A stretch of DNA of 27,849 bases. Origin: a virus. Taxonomy: Duplodnaviria > Caudoviricetes. Shown in pieces: positions 1-6,523 of the stretch. The stretch lies in IMG/VR virus record IMGVR_UViG_3300046779_000728, positions 1-27,849 of that record; one strand, given 5' to 3'. The notes under the pieces were generated by a model that ran no database searches, was not told where the DNA came from, and saw only the letters and a list, made by a program, of their open reading frames with translations. The first letter of the stretch is position 1. Each line of letters starts with the position of its first letter. Both the position numbers and the translations under genes were made by a program.

Positions 1-2
1 GT

Positions 3-497
3 GCTGTTATAGAATTTAAGATTGATTCCAAAGACAAGCAAGAAATCGCAGCAACTTTCTTTAAGAGAGTTACTCAAATTCTTAAGAATGAACAAGTTGA
101 ATTTGATGCAAAAGTTGTTGCTGAAGTCATCACAAAACATTTCCCTGATTATCGTAGAATCCTAAACGAACTTCAGCGTTATTCCGTTAGTGGTAAGATC
201 GATTCTGGTATTCTTGTTAATATGTCAGAGGAATCTTTTAAGTCTCTTATCAACTTAATGAAAGAAAAGAACTTTACTGAAGTGCGTAAGTGGGTTGCTA
301 AGAATTCTGATTCTGATGCAGCTACATTGTTCAGAGAATTGTATGATACTGCCACTAACAATATTGATGTATCAAGTATTCCTCAGCTTGTTCTTATTCT
401 TGCAGACTATCAGTATAAAGCAGCATTCGTTGCTGACCAAGAACTAAATATTATGGCTGCATTAACTGAAGTTATGGGTAACTGTAAATTTAAATGA
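3..497 (+). CDS. gp44: Clamp loader large subunit (T4 gp44-like AAA+), 5'-truncated by window edge
   Basis: The frame is open from position 3 (AVIEFKID...KHFPDYRRILNELQRY...LADYQYKAAFVADQELN), with an RFC sensor-2-like PDYRR motif; synteny with gp62 and regA. Confidence 0.93.
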   Translation, partial: AVIEFKIDSKDKQEIAATFFKRVTQILKNEQVEFDAKVVAEVITKHFPDYRRILNELQRYSVSGKIDSGILVNMSEESFKSLINLMKEKNFTEVRKWVAKNSDSDAATLFRELYDTATNNIDVSSIPQLVLILADYQYKAAFVADQELNIMAALTEVMGNCKFK

Positions 498-504
498 GGA
501 CGAC

Positions 505-828
505 ATGGAATTGTTTATTATTTTTGTTGTTCTAGTTATTGGATTCTCTCTTGGTTGGAACACAAGAGAGAAGTATGCTGAGTATAAAATGCAATCTCTT
601 TTGAAAAAGATTAACAGTCAGATAGAAGAAGAGGAAGAAAACAAAGAAGACTTCTTAATCATTACAATTGAGAAACACAAGGATATTCTTTTTTGTTATG
701 ATAAAGATACAAGCAGTTTTCTGACTCAAGCCAACACCAAAAAAGAGTTAGAAGAAAATCTCCGTAAGATGTTTCCTGGAAAAAGATTTTATGCTAGCCA
801 AGAAAATCTGAAAGAAATCGAATCATGA
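505..828 (+). CDS. Hypothetical membrane-anchored protein
   Basis: GAGGA SD before the ATG; hydrophobic N-terminus (LFIIFVVLVIGFSLGW); ATGA overlap with gp62. Confidence 0.75.
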   Translation: MELFIIFVVLVIGFSLGWNTREKYAEYKMQSLLKKINSQIEEEEENKEDFLIITIEKHKDILFCYDKDTSSFLTQANTKKELEENLRKMFPGKRFYASQENLKEIES

Positions 829-1202
829 GTCCATTTGATTTTATTAACTCTATAAATTTTGATAAAAAAGATCTGTTTAAGGATGATCCCCAAGCGCACA
901 AAGATTATGTTCCCTACATAATTAACAGAGGGTTATCGTATTTTCCAGATACAGTTTTGTATGCTAATGAAATGAATCTACATCATGGCATTCCTAAAGA
1001 TTGGCAATTTTCTTTTTTCCTAAATACTATTTCTAAGAAGAAGAGATTTAGTAAATGGGCTAAGAAAGATGAGTCCGAAGATCTCCTCTTAGTAAAGGAA
1101 TACTTTGGATATTCTTCTGATAAGGCTAAAGATGTATTGAGTGTCCTTACAGATGAACAGTTATCCATTATAAAACAAAAATTATACAAAGGTGGAAAAT
1201 AA
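825..1202 (+). CDS. gp62: Clamp loader small subunit (gp62-like)
   Basis: YVPYIINRGLSYFPDT...ANEMN...KKKRFSKW...VKEYFGYS pattern; located between gp44 and regA. Confidence 0.92.
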   Translation: MSPFDFINSINFDKKDLFKDDPQAHKDYVPYIINRGLSYFPDTVLYANEMNLHHGIPKDWQFSFFLNTISKKKRFSKWAKKDESEDLLLVKEYFGYSSDKAKDVLSVLTDEQLSIIKQKLYKGGK

Positions 1203-1621
1203 TGACTGTCGAAATGATTTACTATGACTGGAAACCAGATTCAATGCTTGAGGTGAGTTTGCCAGAGCCAGATAACTTCCTAAAGGTTAGAGAAACTCTA
1301 ACTCGCATCGGAATCGCTTCCAGAAAAGAAAACGTATTATATCAATCTTGCCATATTTTACATAAGCAAGGTAGATACTTTATTGTTCACTTTAAGGAAT
1401 TGTTTGCTCTTGATGGAAAAGAGTCTAACATTACTTCAGGTGACATCGAGCGAAGAAATGCTATCGCTGGTCTATTGCAGGATTGGGAATTGCTAAAGAT
1501 TCTCCATCCAAATCAGGCAGAACAGAAAGCATCTTTGTCTCAAATTAAGGTGGTCTCTTATAAAGAAAAAGACCAGTGGGATTTAGTTCCAAAATATAAC
1601 ATAGGAAAGAAAACAAAATGA
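1202..1621 (+). CDS. regA: RegA translational repressor
   Basis: DNFLKVRETLTRIGIAS, LYQSCHILHKQGRYFIVHFKELFALDG and WDLVPKYNIG signature segments. Confidence 0.97.
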   Translation: MTVEMIYYDWKPDSMLEVSLPEPDNFLKVRETLTRIGIASRKENVLYQSCHILHKQGRYFIVHFKELFALDGKESNITSGDIERRNAIAGLLQDWELLKILHPNQAEQKASLSQIKVVSYKEKDQWDLVPKYNIGKKTK

Positions 1622-1785
1622 TTAAACTTGAATTGACGATCGATGAAGTGAATACTATTCTTCGTACACTTGGGAAACATCCTTTCGAAGAAGTTGTTCT
1701 TCTAATCAATAAAATTAAACAGCAAGGTGAACCACAGGTCGCCGAGTTAGCTAAACAGGAACAACCAACCCCAGCATCTGTTTAA
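1618..1785 (+). CDS. Small hypothetical protein (55 aa, not in ORF track)
   Basis: ATGA overlap with the regA stop; AGGA SD upstream; MIKLELTIDEVNTILRTLGKHPFEEVVLLINKIKQQGEPQVAELAKQEQPTPASV fills the intergenic gap. Confidence 0.75.
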   Translation: MIKLELTIDEVNTILRTLGKHPFEEVVLLINKIKQQGEPQVAELAKQEQPTPASV

Positions 1786-1802
1786 TTGTAGTATAATTTG
1801 TT

Positions 1803-2741
1803 ATGAGAATATTGGGAATAAACATATCACATCATCCATCTGTTTGTCAATTGATTGACGGACAGGTGGATTTTTATTTTGAAGAAGAACGATTTAATAG
1901 AAAGAAACATAGCATTCCACCATTTAAATCTGGTAAGTTTATTTCTTTAGAAAAATATTTAAAACAAAAACCAGATTATGTCATTTATGCTTCTTGGGAT
2001 AGAAGCATCCCATCTGGAATTGTTGCAAAATCAGGAATTCATCCAACAGATGAAGAAATAATTCATCAAACTACTTTACAAATAGACAGTTTGGTTGGTG
2101 AACACAATTATATTTTTGAAATAGAACACCACTTATATCATGTGTATTGTGGTTATTATTTTTCTAAATTTGATGATGCTATTTGTATAGTTATGGATGG
2201 TGGTGGTGCTAAAAATGTTTCACAATTCCCAACTTACCAGGAGATTGAAAGTATCTATTACATTGATAAAAATAAATGTGTTCCGAAATATAAAGCATAT
2301 AGTGATTTTAGATTTTCTAACTTGAATACTGAAACTGTTAAAAATATTAATGATATAGAATTTAATTTTTCTAGCAGGTCAAGCAGTGGAATGAAATTTT
2401 CTGCACTATCAGAAGAAATACTTGGGGTTTCAGAAGAGGCTGGAAAGATAATGGGTTTGGCTAGTTACGGAGATTTATCTGGTTCTAGACCAGAAGATAA
2501 AGCAAGACAGTTACAAGAAGAAACTAAGAATCATACAATTGAATTAATAAGAAAGGCTATAACATATTCTGACACAAAGAATATAATACTTTCTGGTGGA
2601 TATTCTTTAAACTGTGTAAACAATTATGAATATTTGAAACACTTTCCAGAATATAATTTTTTTGTAGACCCAGCAGCAAATGATTCTGGCACAGCTATTG
2701 GTGCTGCTCTATGGCTTGAAAGAACTTTACATGATCGTTAA
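1803..2741 (+). CDS. Carbamoyltransferase N-terminal (Kae1-like) half, NodU/CmcH/TobZ family
   Basis: ILGI..SHH, EEERFNRKKH, EHHLYH, DGGG, AGKIMGLASYG, SGGYSLNCVNN and PAANDSGTAIGAA motifs. Confidence 0.9.
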   Translation: MRILGINISHHPSVCQLIDGQVDFYFEEERFNRKKHSIPPFKSGKFISLEKYLKQKPDYVIYASWDRSIPSGIVAKSGIHPTDEEIIHQTTLQIDSLVGEHNYIFEIEHHLYHVYCGYYFSKFDDAICIVMDGGGAKNVSQFPTYQEIESIYYIDKNKCVPKYKAYSDFRFSNLNTETVKNINDIEFNFSSRSSSGMKFSALSEEILGVSEEAGKIMGLASYGDLSGSRPEDKARQLQEETKNHTIELIRKAITYSDTKNIILSGGYSLNCVNNYEYLKHFPEYNFFVDPAANDSGTAIGAALWLERTLHDR

Positions 2742-3261
2742 AGATAAACATACCGTAGTAGAACTTTTATTACAACAAAAAGTTGGTGCTATTTTTCAAG
2801 GATCTAGTGAGATTGGTCCACGTGCACTTGGAAATAGATCTATCATATTTGATCCTAGAAATCCCAATGGTAAAGAAATAGTAAACATCGTTAAAAAAAG
2901 AGAATGGTATCGTCCATTTGCAGGAACTATTATGTTAGAATATGTTCATGAATATTTTGAAATGCTGACACTAAAAGAATCTCCTTGGATGTCATTTGCT
3001 GTAAAGGCTAAACCAAAAGCATACAAAGATATTCCTTCTATTGTTCATGTTGATGGGACATGTAGAATACAGACTGTAACTAAAGAACAGAATAAATATT
3101 TCTATGAACTAATAGAAGAATTTTATAAAAATACTGGAGTTCCAGTGATATTTAATACATCATTTAATCTTGCAGGTGAGCCTCTTGTAGAAACCATAGA
3201 AGATGCTCTCAATACTATAAATAATTCAGATATTTCTTTTTTATATTTGCCAGAAAATTAA
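2731..3261 (+). CDS. Carbamoyltransferase C-terminal (YrdC-like) half
   Basis: EIGPRALGNRSI, VKKREWYRPFA, HVDGTCRIQTV and NTSFNLAGEPLV motifs. The ATG at 2731 overlapping the end of the N-half is preferred over 2680. Confidence 0.9.
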   Translation: MIVKDKHTVVELLLQQKVGAIFQGSSEIGPRALGNRSIIFDPRNPNGKEIVNIVKKREWYRPFAGTIMLEYVHEYFEMLTLKESPWMSFAVKAKPKAYKDIPSIVHVDGTCRIQTVTKEQNKYFYELIEEFYKNTGVPVIFNTSFNLAGEPLVETIEDALNTINNSDISFLYLPEN

Positions 3262-3266
3262 TATTA

Positions 3267-3273
3267 CTAAATA
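3267..3273 (+). promoter_or_regulatory. T4-like late promoter (CTAAATA) upstream of the hsp20 leader
   Basis: Intergenic CTAAATA, a variant of the T4 gp55 consensus TATAAATA; the same heptamer recurs before several other genes. Confidence 0.6.
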
Positions 3274-3285
3274 ATAAGAATTCAC

Positions 3286-3414
3286 CTTAGGACCACTAAG
3301 TTACGAATCGTCTAAAGCTGACAATACGTTAAGTTGTCGCTGGAGTCAGTAACCAGCAAAGCTGACATGCCTTCGGGGTGTCAATATTTTAACTCGCTTA
3401 ACAAGGAGACTATT
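3286..3414 (+). promoter_or_regulatory. Structured 5' leader of hsp20 with ROSE-like RNA thermometer
   Basis: Hairpins CTTAG/CTAAG (3286-3300), GACAA/TTGTC (3320-3338), GCTGG/CCAGC (3339-3357) and TGACATGCC-TTCG-GGGTGTCA (3363-3383). CTCGCT (3393-3398) pairs with SD AGGAG (3404-3408), leaving a bulged G. Confidence 0.6.
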
Positions 3415-3903
3415 ATGTCACAAATGACATTTCCATATGCATTCTCAACACTAGGTAAAGACTTCGACAAATTTTTTGTTGGATTCGACGACCAATTCCG
3501 TCAACTACAAAAGTTGCACGACGATGTTACTAAAAACATCCCTAACTATCCTCCATACAACATCAAGAAAATTGATGACACACATTACGTCATCGAGATG
3601 GCTGTAGCTGGTTTCGGTCAACAAGATATTGAGATCGAGATTGATGGTGGTAAGTTGGTTGTTAAAGGTAATGTATCTGCAGATACTGCTGAGCAAGAAG
3701 AAAATTTCTTGTTCAAAGGAATCGCTGCTCGTGCATTCACACGTTCTTTCGCACTTAATGATCAAGTTGAAGTGAACAATGCTGAACTCTTTAATGGTAT
3801 GCTAAAGATTGCTCTTGAGCGCATCATTCCAGAAGAGAAGAAGCCAAAGAAAGTCGAAGTGAAAACACGTGGAGAAAAGACTCTTCTTAAAGAAGGAGAG
3901 TGA
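3415..3903 (+). CDS. hsp20: Small heat-shock protein (Hsp20, IbpA-like)
   Basis: NYPPYNI, IEMAVAGF, KGIAARAFTRSF, AELFNGMLKI and IPEEKKPKKVEV motifs; the ATG at 3415 follows AAGGAG. Confidence 0.95.
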   Translation: MSQMTFPYAFSTLGKDFDKFFVGFDDQFRQLQKLHDDVTKNIPNYPPYNIKKIDDTHYVIEMAVAGFGQQDIEIEIDGGKLVVKGNVSADTAEQEENFLFKGIAARAFTRSFALNDQVEVNNAELFNGMLKIALERIIPEEKKPKKVEVKTRGEKTLLKEGE

Positions 3904-3905
3904 AC

Positions 3906-4043
3906 GTGAAATCATTCCTTTGCCGTATTAAATGTGTTTTTATGGCAATTGGTTCCGCACGTGCAGCAGCGCATCTATCCAGAAATGGAAGACACGAAGA
4001 AGCAAAAGACTTAATGCTTAAATCGGGGAGATGCGAATGCTAA
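3906..4043 (+). CDS. Small hypothetical protein (45 aa, not in ORF track)
   Basis: AGGAG (3894-3898) lies 7 nt before a GTG; MKSFLCRIKCVFMAIGSARAAAHLSRNGRHEEAKDLMLKSGRCEC. Confidence 0.6.
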   Translation: MKSFLCRIKCVFMAIGSARAAAHLSRNGRHEEAKDLMLKSGRCEC

Positions 4044-4120
4044 ACTGGATTCCAATGACTGATGATGACTGGGAATGGTTAAACGCACCAGCGAAGAAAC
4101 CTGAACCTCTAAAGTCGTAA
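4037..4120 (+). CDS. Putative 27-aa micropeptide
   Basis: GGGGAG SD at 4025-4030; overlaps the previous stop; MLNWIPMTDDDWEWLNAPAKKPEPLKS ends just before a hairpin. Confidence 0.45.
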   Translation: MLNWIPMTDDDWEWLNAPAKKPEPLKS

Positions 4121-4127
4121 GTGTATG

Positions 4128-4147
4128 GGGAGAGATTCGTCTCTCCC
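4128..4147 (+). terminator. Perfect 8-bp hairpin (terminator-like or transcript-stabilising)
   Basis: GGGAGAGA-TTCG-TCTCTCCC; no U-tract follows. Confidence 0.5.
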
Positions 4148-4153
4148 TAAATA
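4147..4153 (+). promoter_or_regulatory. T4-like late promoter (CTAAATA)
   Basis: CTAAATA lies 5 nt before the ATG at 4159. Confidence 0.55.
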
Positions 4154-4158
4154 CATTT

Positions 4159-4365
4159 ATGATGAAAGCAAAAATATCACCAAACTTGATTTCGTTCGTC
4201 ACAGTCCGTCGTGGAGAATGGATTTTAAAAGTATCTGTCTTTAAAAATAGACAGATAATGGTAATTGCACACCATTGTTATGATGTTGAGCGTGTTCTTA
4301 TAAAATGTTTCTATGATCAGAATGCTGCAGCTGACTACATAGAAAGGATTGTAGAAGAAAGTTAA
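4159..4365 (+). CDS. Hypothetical protein
   Basis: 68-aa ORF in operon arrangement after a late-promoter motif. Confidence 0.7.
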   Translation: MMKAKISPNLISFVTVRRGEWILKVSVFKNRQIMVIAHHCYDVERVLIKCFYDQNAAADYIERIVEES

Positions 4366-4367
4366 TT

Positions 4368-4898
4368 ATGCCCTTTGTTTATAATTTGACAATTGATGAC
4401 CCAAAAATGACTGCTGATATTATTAGAGTGATTGATGATCAACAAGATAGACAGAATCATTCTACCAATGTCAAAGCACAGATGACAGAATGGAAAATGC
4501 AAGACCAAGATGGGTTTAAAGAACTTTGTTACTATATTAATAATGCCGTACATCAAGCATCTATTATAAAATATAAGAGAGATTTTAATCCATTTATTTT
4601 CTCTATGTGGGGATTAAAATATAAATCTTCAGAATATGCAGTTGAGCATTCTCATTATCCTGCTACATGGGCATCTGCTTATTATCTAAATCCACCAGAA
4701 GGTTGTCCTGGAATTGAATTTCAAAATGAAAATGGTGGATGGTTGGAATTCCCAGTACATCATGGACTGTTATTAATTTTTGAAGGTAACACTACTCACA
4801 GAGTACCTAAAAAAGAATTTGTTGGCGACAGATATGTTGTCTCTAGCAATATTATGCATGACTTTACTCAAACTTTAGAATGGAATGAATATGAATAA
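4368..4898 (+). CDS. 2OG-Fe(II) oxygenase-like protein (double-stranded beta-helix fold)
   Basis: HSH..ATWASAYY, GLLLIFEG..HRV and DRYVVSSN match the Hx(H/D)...H...RxxxS(F)N pattern of phage 2OG oxygenases. Confidence 0.75.
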   Translation: MPFVYNLTIDDPKMTADIIRVIDDQQDRQNHSTNVKAQMTEWKMQDQDGFKELCYYINNAVHQASIIKYKRDFNPFIFSMWGLKYKSSEYAVEHSHYPATWASAYYLNPPEGCPGIEFQNENGGWLEFPVHHGLLLIFEGNTTHRVPKKEFVGDRYVVSSNIMHDFTQTLEWNEYE

Positions 4899-5190
4899 TA
4901 TAAAAGTATTTAAACTTATCAGTGGTGAAGAAATTATTGCTGAAGTGTTTAATCAATTTGATCAATACCTCGAACTAAAATCCCCAGCAACAATCGTGAT
5001 TCAACAAACACAACAAGGTGTTGGTGTCGGATTGATGCCATATATGGCGTATGCAACTGGAAATGTTCAATTGTATAAAAACGCTATTGCTTCTGAGGCA
5101 TCACCAGATGTTAAGATGGTCAACGAATACAATCGCATTTTCGGATCTGGTATCCAGATCGCCTCAGCAGGGTCGATTCCACGAGTCTAA
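4885..5190 (+). CDS. Conserved T4-like hypothetical protein, possible Sm-like fold
   Basis: KVFKLISGEEIIAE...P...GLMPYM...YNRIFGSGI pattern typical of small beta-rich T4-like proteins. Confidence 0.6.
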   Translation: MNMNNIKVFKLISGEEIIAEVFNQFDQYLELKSPATIVIQQTQQGVGVGLMPYMAYATGNVQLYKNAIASEASPDVKMVNEYNRIFGSGIQIASAGSIPRV

Positions 5191-5221
5191 CCCTCTCTCC
5201 TACATGCTCTAGCCTCCCTGC

Positions 5222-5246
5222 AAACCCTCTCTCGTAGAGGGTTTTT
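5222..5246 (+). terminator. Rho-independent terminator
   Basis: AAACCCTCT-CTCGT-AGAGGGTTT followed by TT, downstream of the 5190 stop. Confidence 0.65.
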
Positions 5247-5305
5247 ACGTTCCCAGAACCCTGTATCTACAAGGGTTTCTAATCCCCTCAAGTCTGTAGG
5301 GTTAT
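5225..5305. repeat. Array of three CCCT-N9-AGGG palindromes
   Basis: CCCT at 5225, 5259 and 5285, each followed by exactly 9 nt and then AGGG. TAATCCCCTCAAGTCTGTAGGGTTAT recurs with one mismatch near 21998-22023. Confidence 0.8.
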
Positions 5306-5316
5306 CCAGAAAGTTG

Positions 5317-5345
5317 TTGTCTTTAATTGCAACCTGAGGCATAAT
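5317..5345 (+). promoter_or_regulatory. Sigma70-type early/middle promoter
   Basis: TTGTCT-17 nt-CATAAT; the spacer contains TTGCAAC. Confidence 0.75.
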
Positions 5346-5376
5346 AACTCTTATGATGAATGAGAAAGGAACTGTG

Positions 5377-5685
5377 ATGAAATACGCAATCTACCAACTC
5401 CCCTTTGAAAACCAAAATTCTCGTGACTTGTACTTCATGAATGCCAAACAGATCGAAGAGATCTCTGATCAGTTTGAAATGGTGGCTCATGTGGAAGCAC
5501 GAACGATGGATGAAGTCTTCCGAATTGCAAACTTTATCTGCGAGTCAGATGCAGATCTGATTGAAGTTGTTGGTAAGATGCATAGTCTGTCAGTCGGTGA
5601 CATTGTTCACAACCTAGAGACAGATGAGACTTTTGTGGTGGCTAGTTTTGGATTCGATAAAATTGATATGAAGGAGTGTGCATAA
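5377..5685 (+). CDS. YodL-like domain protein
   Basis: YAIYQL at the N-terminus and MHSLSVGDIV...FVVASFGF match the YodL signature. AAAGGA SD precedes the ATG at 5377 (alternative start 5353). Confidence 0.65.
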   Translation: MKYAIYQLPFENQNSRDLYFMNAKQIEEISDQFEMVAHVEARTMDEVFRIANFICESDADLIEVVGKMHSLSVGDIVHNLETDETFVVASFGFDKIDMKECA

Positions 5686-5930
5686 TGAAGAAGAGTGAAA
5701 AGAAGTTGATTGTTGCAACGATTTACAACAAACCTGTGATGACCAAAGCTGAAGCACGTGCTGAGTCTGATAAAGCGATGAAAGCATTCTTGCGAAAGGG
5801 TGGAACTGTGACTGTGGAGAAACCCCAACGTGTGAAGAAGACTACGATGGCTGCAAAATCCTCGAAGGGTTTTGTGACTGGGACTTCTGGATTTGCAAAC
5901 GGATATCCTCGTCGTAGTATCGGTGCTTGA
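5685..5930 (+). CDS. Small basic protein with SutA-like motif
   Basis: AAGGAG SD and TAATG coupling. KAEARAESDKAMKAFLRKGGTVT resembles the SutA RNAP-binding helix plus GG motif. Confidence 0.6.
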   Translation: MKKSEKKLIVATIYNKPVMTKAEARAESDKAMKAFLRKGGTVTVEKPQRVKKTTMAAKSSKGFVTGTSGFANGYPRRSIGA

Positions 5931-5959
5931 TTGTCTTGCAACTTTATTTGATGTATAAT
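5931..5959 (+). promoter_or_regulatory. Sigma70-type early/middle promoter
   Basis: TTGTCT-TGCAACTTTATTTGATG (17 nt)-TATAAT, followed by a GGAG SD. Confidence 0.8.
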
Positions 5960-5981
5960 TGAATCTACTGGAGAAAACATT

Positions 5982-6311
5982 ATGATGATTGTGATTGCTA
6001 CCCAAGATCGTGAAAATTATGCTGCTCACACTGGCTTCACTGGTGAGTACTATTGGAAGATGAAGGGTGGTTCAGAATACAAAATCACTGATGTTCCTCT
6101 CAACATCGATTATGCTTCTGTGGTTGAGATGGTGCGTGGTCAGATTGAAGATCTAACCAACGATTACTTTCAGACCGAGATTATCGACTGGAGTGTCGAA
6201 AGCGATGACTACATGTCTTGGTTCGAGAAGTCTCAGTTGGAATATGATGGTGAGATTACATGCAAAGAACCAGAGATTGAGTATGGCGAATTGAATGCGA
6301 GGTATGCATGA
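5982..6311 (+). CDS. Hypothetical protein
   Basis: GGAGA SD; TQDRENYAAH...YWKMKGG; 109 aa. Confidence 0.8.
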   Translation: MMIVIATQDRENYAAHTGFTGEYYWKMKGGSEYKITDVPLNIDYASVVEMVRGQIEDLTNDYFQTEIIDWSVESDDYMSWFEKSQLEYDGEITCKEPEIEYGELNARYA

Positions 6312-6523
6312 TCCTTATTAAAGAAACCACTAAGTGGGATGTTGAGTATCGTCAACCCAATCATACATATCTTGCTGATGATAAAATGCACAAAGTGTAT
6401 GGCTACTTTAAATGGCACAACCCAAAAGATTTTATGATGTTTAAAAATCCTATGCGTCTTGACAAAAGATATCGTCAGTTTAAAATCATCAAGACTGGAT
6501 TGAAGATGAAAGGTGTAGAATGA
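6308..6523 (+). CDS. Hypothetical protein
   Basis: GAGGT SD; ATGA overlaps at both ends. Confidence 0.78.
   Translation: MILIKETTKWDVEYRQPNHTYLADDKMHKVYGYFKWHNPKDFMMFKNPMRLDKRYRQFKIIKTGLKMKGVE

Noticed and set aside
1769-1797. Promoter for the carbamoyltransferase (TATAAT at 1792-1797)
   Set aside because: There is no credible -35 at 17-nt spacing in an AT-rich context; a leaderless start is possible but unsupported.
2680-2741. Frameshift or pseudogene reading of the split carbamoyltransferase
   Set aside because: The break falls at the natural domain boundary, both halves keep their catalytic motifs, and the second has its own ATG (2731) overlapping the end of the first.
3286-3383. tRNA or known self-cleaving ribozyme in the hsp20 leader
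   Set aside because: No TTCRA T-loop cloverleaf, no hammerhead CTGATGA/GAAA core, and no convincing twister or pistol match by eye.
5189-5305. Mini-CRISPR array
   Set aside because: The units are too short and degenerate (34- and 26-nt periods, 9-nt variable part), and no cas genes are present.
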